The notes under the pieces were generated by a model. It was not told where the DNA came from. It saw only the letters and a program-made list of their open reading frames with translations, and searched no databases. A DNA stretch of 64,000 nt, from contig NC_057718.1 in NCBI RefSeq assembly GCF_004010195.1, positions 8,538,494-8,602,493 of the forward strand, in the 5' to 3' direction. Both the position numbers and the translations under genes were made by a program. This stretch comes from Chiloscyllium plagiosum. Lineage: Eukaryota. Of the stretch, positions 40,446 through 51,402 are shown piece after piece. The first letter of the stretch is position 1. Every line of letters begins with the position of its first letter.

Positions 40446-40484
40446 TCTTTGTTCTTTGTTTCTGCTGCTGGAGGATTTCAGAAA

Positions 40485-40945
40485 GAGAGTTACAAGGATG
40501 TTGCCAGGGTTGGAGGGTTTGAGCTATAGGAAGAGGTTGAATAGGCTGACGCTGTTTTCCCTGGAGCGTCGGAGGCTGAGGGGTGACCTTATAGAGGTTT
40601 ATAAAATCATGAGGAGCATGGATAGGAGTGAGGGTGAGAGAGTCCACAACTAGAGGGCATAGGTTTAGGGTGAGAGGGAAAAGATGTAATAGAGACCTAA
40701 GGGGCAACTTTTTCAGACAGAAGGTGGTACGTGTATAGAATGAGCTGCCAGAGGATGTGGTGGAGGCTGGTACAATTGCAACATTTAAGAGGCAATTGGA
40801 TGGGTATTTGAATAGGAAGGGTTTGGAAGGATATGGGCCAGGTGCTGGCAGGCGGGACTAGATTGGGTTAGGGTATCTGGTCGGCATGGACGAGTAGGAC
40901 CAAAGGGTCTGTTTCCAGGCTGTACCTCTCTATGACTATCACTCT
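40485..40945 (+). mobile_element. CR1 LINE 3' end
   Basis: RMLPGLEGLSYRKRLNRL..LERRRLRGDLIEVYKIMR. Confidence 0.95.
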
Positions 40946-41714
40946 ATAAGTAACTCTGTCTGATTAATACATAGCACAGAGTGGAGAAACAGAGACATAT
41001 TCAACAGGCAGAATGCTGGAAAGGCCTCATTGTTTGAAATTCAAGACTGAAAGACATAATTAATAATAAACTTCCCATCTGAAAGTATTTTTACGATCTA
41101 AAGTAAAATAATTGGATTGTAATGCTCCTTAATTAAGCAAATTTCATTGATTCTAATAAACTGAGCTTTATTGGAAAGTTAATCTGATTCAATGTTGATC
41201 TTTGAAATTAATTTGGTCATTATACTTGGAGAAATTAGTTTTGAAATGATTTATGATTTTTATCACACCAACCAAGTTCAATTTCAATTTCTGCTTCACA
41301 CACCAGCTCACACTCCTTTGGAGCTCCCCAAGATACCGCAGGAGCATTTTAACTTTGATATTTGCACAGGATTATTTAATCGGTTAATCCCCGCTAAGAT
41401 GATCTCATCATATTAACTGTGTAACAAATGAATTCTCAAGCTCTCCTCTCTTTCGTTAAGCTACTCTGTTGAGTGTAGATGTAGGGATGCAGTGGTGATG
41501 TCACTTGGCTAGTAACCAATGTCCCAGACTAATGCGCAAGTGGAAAGAGTTTGAGACCCACTGAAACAGATAATGTCATTTGTAGTTCAATAGGAATCTG
41601 GAATTTAAAGCTAGTGTCGGAGTCATTGTCATCACAAAGTCCATCTGGTTCATGAATGTCCTTGAAGGAAGGAAATCAGACATCCTTACATGATCTGGCG
41701 ATATCTGGCTTCAT

Positions 41715-43050
41715 AAAACCATATGAAGTAGGAACAGCATTAGGCCATTCAGCCCCTCGAGTCTGCTCTGCTATTTAATAGGATCATGGAAAATCTGACA
41801 TTTTTCATATTCCCTTATCAGCCCTTTTCTAAGACCCTTGATTCCTCAACTGACCAAGAATCTCTCTATCTCAGCCTTAAATGTACGCAAGGACTCTGCC
41901 CCCACAGCTCTCTCTGTGGCAAGGAGTTCCAAAGACTCACAACCTGCAGAGAGAAGAAATTCCTCCTCATCTCAGTCTTAGATTGGTGCCCCTTTATTCT
42001 GAGGCTACACCCTCTGCTCTTAGACTCTTCCATGAGGGGAAACATCCTCTCAGCATTAGCCCTATCAAGCGCTTTAAGAATCCTGTAGGTTTCAATAAGA
42101 TCACCTTTCATTCTTCTAAACCTCAGTGAGTTAAGTCCCAACCTGTTTAGCCTTTGTTCATAAGGCCATCTCTCCATACCAGGCATCATCCTAGAGAATC
42201 TTCACTGAAAAGCCTCCAATGAAATAATATTTTTCTCTAATTAAGGGGACAAACTGCTCCTTGTACACCAAATATGGTCTCCCCAACACCTTGTACAATT
42301 GCAGTAAGACTTCACTACTCTTTTACTGCAATCCCCCTTGAAATAAGGGCCAATATCCCATGAGCCTTCCTGATTACCTGCTGTACCTGTGTGCTGGCGT
42401 TTTGTGTTTTGTGTACAAGTTTCCCCAAGTCCCTTGGTGTTGCAGTTTCTCTCCATTTAAATAGTATTCTGTTCTTCTGTTCTTCCTTCAAAAATGAACA
42501 ATTTCACATTTTCCCACATTATACTCGGGCCAATATCCCATGAGCCTTCCTGATTACCTGCTATACCTGTGTGCTGGCGTTCTGTGTTTTGTGTACAAGT
42601 TTCCCCAAGTCCCTTGCAGTTTCTCTCCATTTAAATAGTATTCTGTTCTTCTGTTCTTCCTTCAAAAATGAACAATTTCACATTTTCCCACATTATACTC
42701 CATTTGTCCATTTTTTGGCCATTTTCTTAACCTATCAATATCTCTCTATAAACTGTTTGTATATCTTATCGCAAGCTGCCCTTCCACCTATTTTTTGCAT
42801 TATCTGCAAATCTGGCAAGAGCATTTTGGGCTCCTTCCTCCAAGTCATTAATATAAATTGTAAACAGTTGCGGTCCCAGAATTGATACCTCTGCAACTCC
42901 ACTGGTCACGGGTCACCAACCTGAAGGAGTACCTTTAACCTCACTTGCTGATTCCTGACCATGAGCCCATTCTCTATCCATGCCGATAGACTACCTTCAA
43001 CACTGTAAGCTCTTATGGCTTAAACTTTTGTGAGGTACCTTACTGAATGC
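41715..43050 (-). mobile_element. Older CR1 LINE (RT to 3' UTR) with a ~180-bp tandem duplication
   Basis: ORF 41866-42189 RLNRLGL..KGDLIETYRIL..RRNFFSLQVVSLWNSLP; duplicate 42347-42526 / 42527-42700. Confidence 0.9.
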
Positions 43051-43550
43051 CACAGACCCACAGAGATGTGGTTGCCGTATTCAAGTCAGAGATAGATACA
43101 TTTTTTAAAAATGTGTACACCCATTGTGGGATATGGGGTGAAAGGAGAAATATGACATTGAGGTAGGCCATCAGTCATAATCATTTTGAATAGGGGAGTA
43201 GGCTCGAAGGGCTGAATGGACTACTCCTACTCCTAGTTTCTATGTTTCCATGATTTAAAAATGTCCTCTAAAGTGGTTCCCACAAGCCACTCTGTTCAAG
43301 GGGCCGTTAGGGATGGGTAATAAATGCTGCCCCAGCCTGCGACATCCACATACCATGAGTCTGAAAAATGTCTCTCCGAATCACTTTATCTATTTAGCAG
43401 GTAATAGCACAACACTGCACTTGACTTTCTGAGAGACATTTATGAAATTGTAACAGATCAGATGAAGTACAGTGTTGTTTTCACAAGAGAGTTGTGGGTG
43501 CCTATGAGTACATGAGGCTGTCTGGCATCCCTGACTATGATTTGTAGAAT

Positions 43551-43626
43551 GCTGCCTGACCTGCTGCGCTTTTCCAGCAACACATTTCCAGCTCTGATCT
43601 CCAGCATCTGCAGACCTCACTTTCTC
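43551..43626 (+). mobile_element. Short PLE 3' end with 16-bp TSD
   Basis: CTATGATTTGTAGAAT at 43535-43550 and 43627-43642. Confidence 0.8.
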
Positions 43627-43719
43627 CTATGATTTGTAGAATCCCTACAGTGTGGAAGCAGGCCATTCAATCCATCAGGTCCACACTAACCCCTTCAAAG
43701 ACCCACCCCTCATCCTTCT

Positions 43720-44165
43720 ACATTCCATCGAGTACAGACCCAGAATCCTCAACCACTCCTCATATGGTAAGCTCTTCATCCTGGAATCATTCTTGTGGAC
43801 CAAAATTGCTCACAATATTCCAAATGTTATCTAACTAGAGCCTCACATAGCCTCAGCCTCTGCTCTTGTATTCCAGTCCTCTTGAAGTGAATTGTAACAT
43901 TGCATCTGTCTTCCTAACTGCCAATTAGACCTGTAGGTTAACCTTAAGCAACTGTTGAATTAGGACTCCCTTTCTGCTTCAGATTTCTGAAGGCTTTCCC
44001 CATTTAGAAAGTACTCTTCACCTTTATTCTTCCTACCAATCTGTATGACCTCACACTTTGCCACATTGTCGTCCATCTGCCACTTCTTTACCCACTCTCC
44101 TCATCTGTCCAAATCATTCTGCCATTGTCCCATTTCCTAAACACTACCTGTCCCTCCACCTATTG
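43720..44165 (-). mobile_element. Old CR1 RT fragment
   Basis: Reverse strand reads EWVKKWQMDDNVAKCEVIQIGRKN. Confidence 0.7.
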
Positions 44166-44459
44166 ATCTTGACTGATTGTTCAACCAGGTTACCATGAAG
44201 TTCTGCCTTCTCAACAACACCCCTCACTTGAGGAGTGGTCACCCTCAGCTTAACCCATCACCAGTAATCTCTCTCTCTCTCTCTCTCTCTAATGAGAGAG
44301 CAACTTGAGATCTGCAAGTCTGCAACTTTACCTTTACTTTACAAGTTAGGCAATGTTGGATCAACAATGGATTTCAAGCGTTGAGAATTAGGCCCTCGAT
44401 TGTTCATCTGTTTCAACAGAATTACGCAGGTACATACTGCAGCTACACATGCACTTGAG

Positions 44460-45190
44460 TGAGTAACTCACTACCCTCCAAAACAGCAGCAAGGCACAAG
44501 TCAGGAGTGTAATGAAAGCCTCTCCACTTGCCTGGATAAGTGCATTTCTAACAATGTTCAAGAAGCTTGGCTCCATGCAGAGCAGACCACACTATTCACT
44601 ACATTAAACATTCTCTCCTTTAGGCACCAATGCAGAGCGGTGACATACATCCCAATATACACAAAGCACTGTAGCAACTCACCACTCCTCCTTTGACAGT
44701 ACCACACCAACACCTGACCCCTACCATCTAGAGGGATAAGGCCAGCAGATACATGGGAACATCTCCACCTCCAAGTTCCCTCCAAAACCATTCACCATCC
44801 TACCTTGGAAATATATCGGCGTTCCTTGGGTCAAGATCCTGGAACTCAGTCCAAGAGCAGAGTGGGTGACCTTACACCATGTAGACTCTAGCCCACCTTG
44901 AGACTTGCCGTTGGGAAAAGTGGAAGCTGGGGTGAACAGTGAAAGGAGCAATTTGCCACGTCAAATTCCGCCACCCCCACCTACCCCTTCCTGTGACCAC
45001 TTCCTGCCGCGGCGGTCTGTATGGCCACATACAGACTCACCGTGAGAGGGAAAGAGCATCTACAAGGGACCACCGATGATGATGATGAGACTGCAGCTGT
45101 TCGAAAAGACAGCTCACCACCATCTTGTCCAAGAGAATTGAGAATAGAGAACAAGTGCTGGCCTTGGTACCCACAAGCCAAGGACTAATA
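44460..45190 (+). mobile_element. Jockey-group LINE 3' part interrupted by an RTE/BovB-like 3' end (~44905-45089)
   Basis: KAQVRSVM..SPLAWIS motif; the insert ends ...AGGGACCACCGATGATGATGATG, matching the family at 62430-62948. Confidence 0.7.
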
Positions 45191-45532
45191 CTCAAAGACG
45201 TGGCAAAAAAAAAGCAGATGTGATTTGCAGGCTGTCAGAACAGTCATTGTCTTGTGAAGGTTAACTTTGATTTATGGTGAATAATAGGGGATTTCTTTCA
45301 TTCCAGACTGAAACAAAAAGAAGAGAAGCATTTCTGTCAGACACATAGCACTGAATCGTCAGCTAATTTCTTGCCATACCACTGTATAAGATTCAAGGAA
45401 TCCTTGAATTAACATTGTCACATAAAAGATTTGCAACACTGATGTAATCTCTGACGCATTGCAAAGCAATGGGGCTTTCTCCTTACTTTTACAAAGAAAC
45501 CATTATGGAGGTCAGTTTACATTTCCATTCCA

Positions 45533-45919
45533 TTTTTTTTTTAATAACCCCCACACTACCGCCTAACTGCGGTAGTGCTTATTTTTTCCCAGCACCCATG
45601 TAACTGCGGTAGTGCTTATTTTTTCCCAGCACCCATGGTGTGTGTGTGCAGGTGTGGATTTCCCCCTCCAACTCTATTTTGATTTAATCCCTGCCCTCCC
45701 CTTCACTGTTTGATCACACAGCATTGCCCTTTGATGAAAAGGGCACTGCTTGTCACTGGCCACTCGGGTGTTTCCTTTCTTCCTGGTGGTGGAAATTAAA
45801 TAAAGATTCGTACACCTTGTGTCTCTCACTGTGTCTCACACCTGCACACACACACCATGGGTGCTGGGGAAAACATAAGCACTATCGCAGTTAGGCAGTA
45901 GTGTGGGGGTTAATAAAAA
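45533..45919. mobile_element. Unclassified element with ~83-bp inverted termini
   Basis: Left T-run+AATAACCCCCACACTACCGCCTAACTGCG..CAGGTGTG; right CACACCTG..GTAGTGTGGGGGTTAATAAAAA; 37-bp perfect tandem duplication in the left arm. Confidence 0.8.
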
Positions 45920-46951
45920 GAAAGAAGTGTCAGAGGTAAAAAAAAAGAAAAAAAAGTGAAATAGACCAATCAGAGCTTACTGCTCAACAGAAGCACAGTC
46001 ACCCATAACAGGTCCAGGCAGCGGGTCCATACCCCCTAAAATTTGACATTCAAATGAAAGTGACAATTTACCCCTTGTGTGAAATTTCTGCTGTGCATTT
46101 ATTCAGTTATTTGTCATTCGTTAATGTCTTTCTCTGAGACTCTTAAATAAAACTGCTAACTCTACACATTTATTAATTAATATCGGTTCTCTAAGTTCAT
46201 GCCCTCAACAGCCATGTGGGATGTCGATTTCGTTGGTATCTCCATACACTTCCTACTATACATGGACTTCAAACTCAATCAGGATTTGCCCAGAGACAGA
46301 ACAGCTCAGACGACTGACAATAACAACACCTCTGCAATTAATGTCCTCTTCTACCTGGAGGATCTTGTTTCTGTTCCCCTTTCACTCTTTCTCCCTGGAT
46401 TATAATATTGAAGTCAGCAAGAACTTTAACAATTAGCTCCCCACATATCTTGCTCGTCATTTACCTGAAATCACGTAACATCTTGGAAGCAGTGTTTTGA
46501 AAACAATGTCCAAAAATGAGGGAATTCCATAACATGGGAAGTTGGTGTGCAGTGATGGCGTGAATTAACTCAGGATTGTGTAAGTGACTTGACTTGGAGT
46601 CTACCACGTTCTGACAGGATTGTCGGGCTGAAGAGGGTAGAGCAAGAAGCTCTGCTCTCTCCTCTGATGGGTTTTCTGTTTTAAACATTCAGTGTATTCA
46701 GCTTCATTGTGTTCTGTCTCTGTCCAAGTGTTGGATGAAGCGCTTGCTCCAAAGAACCAATTTTCCAACACCATTCATTCCTGAAGAAGTTTTACTAGAC
46801 TCAAAATGTTAATGCTGCTTCTCTCTTCACAGATACTGCCAGGTTTCTCCAGCACTTTCCTTCTTGTTTCAGATTTCCAGCATGTAAAATATTTCACTTT
46901 TATTTGAGCCCTATCAAATATACAGATGTGGATTGAAAAGATAACTGCAAT

Positions 46952-47217
46952 TTTTGAGAAGATTTGTAGCTCAGGTTGAGGCTCAGGATGTAAGTCTGCT
47001 CGCTGAACTGAAAGGTTTGTTTTCAGATATTTTGTCACCATGCTATATAACATCATCAGTGAGCTTCCGGTGAAGCGCTGTTGTTCTGTCCCGTTTTCTA
47101 TTTATGTGTCTTGATCTGTTACCTAATATGGTGATGAAATGTCTGAAAATGAACCTTCCAGCTCAGCAAGCAAACTTACATCCTCAACCTCAACCTGAGC
47201 TAAAAGTCTTCTCAAAA
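46952..47217. mobile_element. Inverted pair of Poseidon-type PLE 3' ends
   Basis: TTTTGAGAAGA..AGCTCAGGTTGAGG / CCTCAACCTGAGCT..TCTTCTCAAAA; matches 1950-2080. Confidence 0.85.
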
Positions 47218-47456
47218 CTCGCTAATAGATTGAAATAGGTGGAATATAATGTTGGGAAATGTGAGGTTATGTATTTTGGCAGGAAGAATGGAGGAGCTGA
47301 ATATTATTGAAATAGAGATAGTCTGCAGAAAGTTACAGAACAGAGCAATGTGGGAGTCCTCGTGCATGAATCCAAGTTAACATCCAGGTTCAGTGGGTCA
47401 TAGGGAAGGGTGAATGGAATATTGACCTTTATTTCAATGAGAATGGAATATAAAAT

Positions 47457-49325
47457 GCATCCCTCTCCCATTAGCTCAATGCAGTCTACACTCAATTTGA
47501 GCAGAAGGTCAGTGAATTGATGTCACCCATCCACAGTCACCACCACAGATGTCAGATTGGTCTTCTTGAGAGTGAACCCATGAAAAGCGACTGACCTGGA
47601 TACAGCCCCCCCCATCGTGCACTCTGATCATGTGCAAACCAGCTGGTGGGAGTATTCGCTGACATCTTTAACCTCTCCTTGCTATAATCTGAAGTCACCA
47701 CCTGCTTCTAGAGAACCACCATCATCCCCGGTGCCAAAGAAAAATCATGCAGTGTGTCTCAATGGGATGATGGTGGTTCTCTTGAAGCAGGTGGTGACTT
47801 CAGATTGTAGCAAGGAGAGGTTAAAGATGTCAGCGAATACTCCCACCAGCTGGTTTGCACATGATCAGAGTGCACGATGGGGGGGGCTGTATCCAGGTCA
47901 GTCGCTTTTCATGGGTTCATTCTCAAGAAGTCCGATCTGATGCCTGTGGCGGTGACTACCGCCTGGTTGATAATGAGGTTAGTCATGGCTCACTCCAATT
48001 CCAGCCACACCCAGCCTGCCTTGATCCTTTGAAAGTCACCTACCAGTGCAACAGATAACAGCAGACACCATCTTCCTGGCCCTACACTCAGCCCTGGAAC
48101 ATCTGGATAACACGGATATCTAGGTCAGGCTCCTACTATCGACTACAACTCCACCTTCAACACATAATTCCAAACATACTCATCTTTAAACTCCAAGACC
48201 TAGGTCTCTGCTCCCCCCTCTGTAACTGGATCCTTGACTTCCTGACCCAAAGAGTAAGGATAGGCCACAACATCTCCTCCACGTTAATCCTCAACACTGG
48301 TGCCCCACAACGCTACGTGTTCAGTTCTTACTGTACTCCTTATACACTCACGGCTGTGCAGCCAAATTCCACTCCAACTCGAAATACAGGTTTGCTGATG
48401 ATACCACTGTAGAGGGTCAGATCTCAAACAATGATGAGACAAAGCACAGGAAAGAGATAGAGAGCTTAGTGGAATGGTGTAAAGACGACAATCTCTCCCT
48501 CAATGTCAGCGAAATGGAGGAACTGGTCATTGACATCAGGAAGTGGAGTAGAGGACATATGGTGCTGAGGTGGAAATAGTCAAGACTAACAAGTTCCTAG
48601 GAATAACAATCACCAACAATCTGACCTGGTCCAACCCTGTCGCGCAAGGGTCAAGAAAGCTACTTCCTTGGAAGGTGACGGAAATTCGGCATGTCCACAA
48701 AGGCTCTTATCAATTTTTTATAGATGCACCATAGAAAACATTCTATCTGGAGACATCACAGCCAGGTATGGCAAATTCTTGGCCCAAGACCACAAGAAAC
48801 TACAAAGAGTTGTGAACACAGTTCATACCAGCCTACTATCCATTGATTTTATCTACACTTCTAGCTGCCTCGGGAAAGTAACCAACATAATCTCTTCCAC
48901 CCTCTTCTGTCGGGCAGAAGGAACAAAAGCTTAAACACACATACTAACAGACTCAAGAACAGCTTCTTCCCCACTGTTATCAGATGTTGGAATGGACCTC
49001 TCAAATGCATACACTGATCTCTTTCTCTGTAGCTGTAACACTATCCTCTGCACTCTGTTGAATTGAGGAGCAGGAAAATCGGGCAAAAGGGCTTTTGCCC
49101 GAAACGTCGATTTTCCTGCTCCTCGGATGCTGCCTGACCTGCTGTGCTTTTCCAGCACCACTCTAATCTTGACTCTAATCTCCAGCATCTGCAGTACCTA
49201 CTTCTGCTTATTTTGTTCTATTCCCCTGCTGTTCTTTATATGGCATGATTTACCTATATCGCTTGCAAAACAATACTTTTCACTGTATCTTGGTACACGT
49301 GACATTAATAAATCAAATCAAATCT
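47457..49325 (+). mobile_element. Rex1/Babar-type LINE (RT to 3' end), decayed, inserted in a CR1
   Basis: [56 protein letters not shown] motifs; tail (AAATC)n. Confidence 0.9.
47535..47957. repeat. Long inverted repeat: 194-bp arms, 35-bp spacer
   Basis: 47535-47728 is the reverse complement of 47764-47957 with few mismatches. Confidence 0.95.
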
Positions 49326-49499
49326 AAAAGAAGGGAGGTTTGACTAAAATGTTCCAAAGCACTAGCCAGACTATAGCTGGAATACTGTAAACAGTTTTGC
49401 TCCCCTTACATAGAACGATATACTGGTATTGAAGGCAGTCCAGAAAAGATTCATTGACGTTTGGAAGGATGAGAGTTGAGGTTATTACAAGATTCTTAG

Positions 49500-49628
49500 A
49501 TTAACCACCTGATGAAGGAGCAGCGCTCCGAAAGATAGTGCGTTTCCAATTAAACCTGTTGGACTTTAACCTGGTGCTGTGTGATTTTTAATTTTTTACA
49601 CCCCAGTCCAACACCAGCATCTCCGAAT
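49500..49628 (+). mobile_element. PLE-derived short element with minimal hammerhead motif and 10-bp TSD
   Basis: CAC-CTGATGA-a-GGAG-cagcg-CTCC-GAAA-ga-TA-GTG at 49506-49540; CAAGATTCTT at 49488-49497 and 49629-49638. Confidence 0.8.
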
Positions 49629-50327
49629 CAAGATTCTTGACAACTTGATAGGGTGGCTGTGGAGAGTTTGTTTCCCTTTGTGGCAGCATGTAGGACCAGA
49701 GGATATAATCTCAGAAGAAGACAGAGATGAGGAAGCATTTCTGCTCTCAGAGGGTTGTGAATCCATGGAATTCTTTGCTACTGCAGACTGGATCATTATG
49801 TATATTATGCGTTCCCCAGTGCAGGCTGGCAGTGGAGTAATAGGGCTCCATGTGGGCTCTTGCGCAGGGACCATCCACTCCCACCTGCTTTCCTTCTTTC
49901 TTCTACTTTTCTTTCTGTTCTCTTCTTTGGCTTTATTTTCCTTTTCTTTTACTTCTTTTTTGTGGCGGGTTTTTTGGCAGCACTGGTGTGGCAGAGAGAG
50001 CAGTGGGTGTAGCTTCTCCCGGTGATCAGAGCCAGCGGCCATAGCAGACGTGTTCGGGGACAGAGTGGCAGCAGCAGTGAACTCTTCAAGCTGGTGGCAC
50101 CGTGTCTGAAGTGGGACTAGTGGCCTTGCCTCTCAGCGGAGCCAGGGGCTCTTGGTTCAAGGGTGACTGTGTATTCAGCGGCATCAGCAAAGTGGTCCAG
50201 CAATGAAGTGATGATGTCTAAATTGGGGCAACTCCTATGTTGGCAGGTCCAGTGCAGATGGTGGAGACCATGTGCCGGTGTAGACTGGGTCGGAAAGCCT
50301 CATATTCTGAATTTTTTACTTCTGTAT

Positions 50328-50874
50328 TGCTGTGAACTAGGCCAGACCCCCTCAAAACATTTTAGGAAAGGTAGCCCAGACCCTAACTTTTTCTTTATTT
50401 AAAGGCAGATGTGAAGTGCGTGTTCCAGGTGTGATGCAGCTGGTCAAAACACTCGGCTTTAAGCAAAACAGAATTTATTTAAACATCCAGTTCAAAAGAA
50501 AATGAAATTTAGAATAACAACTACTGGAAAATGTAACCAAGCCGATTATTACTAATTAGCTGTTCCCAATACAGTAACATCCCATTTGACAAAAATGTAA
50601 ATTCAAACACAAATTCTTACCAGAAGGAGGGAGCAGCATCCAGAGAGAGATTTCAGAAGGAAGTCAGAGGAATTCCTTACTGAAGTTTGCTACTCCCCTG
50701 GACTCACACATCTTGTGACTGCCAGATCTAAACATAAACTAGAAACATACCTGACTTGGGAGAACTGGCCACTCCCTATTCATTGTTGGATTAGACTCTT
50801 CGTCACCTCTGCCTTTATGATCTCTCTTAAAAAATTTGACAAAATAATCTTTGTAAAATGACAGCATCATCGCA
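50328..50874. mobile_element. Probable solo LTR (547 bp) with 4-bp TSD
   Basis: GTAT|TGC...GCA|GTAT; TTTATT (AATAAA on the minus strand) inside; sits within a larger ~49810-51045 insert that ends in a Rex1-like tail. Confidence 0.65.
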
Positions 50875-51112
50875 GTATTATTCTAATTTATTCCCATGGC
50901 CTCTAATGCTAGACTATTTATTTCTTTATTTTTCTAATTTTTTTTGTTTCCTAAGAATTTTACCTTTGTACCTAAGATGGTGCTTTGAGAAGCAGCTGTA
51001 AACTTTTCACTGAACTCATTTGAGTACGTGACAATAATTCAGTTCAATATATATCATTAGGTGCATGTGTAAACAAATTGTTCATCAAGAAGGGAATCAG
51101 AGGTTTTTATTC

Positions 51113-51402
51113 AATTAGATTCCCTACACAGTGGAAACAGGCCTTTCAATCCAACCAGTCCTCTGAAGAGTAACCCACCCAGACCCATTTCCCTCTGACT
51201 AATGCACCTAACACTGCGGGCAATTTAGCATGGCCAATTCACCTAGCCTGCACATCTTTGGACTGTGGGAGGAAACTGGAGCAAACCCACACAGACACGG
51301 GGAGAGTGTTGCAAACTCCACACAGACAGTCACCTGAGGCTAGAATCAAACCGAGGATCCTGGCGCTGTGAGGCAGCAGTTCTAACCACTGAGCCACCAT
51401 GC
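51113..51402 (-). mobile_element. HE1-like SINE inserted in an old CR1 tail
   Basis: Family head and tail on the reverse strand. Confidence 0.9.

Noticed and set aside
45720..45790. SECIS element or hammerhead in the inverted-termini element
   Set aside because: There is an ATGA, but no matching 3' GA quartet or apical AA geometry, and no CUGANGA...GAAA core.
49596..50044. Overlapping 126-148 aa ORFs
   Set aside because: They span a CR1 remnant and a T-rich low-complexity tract; no domain is recognisable.
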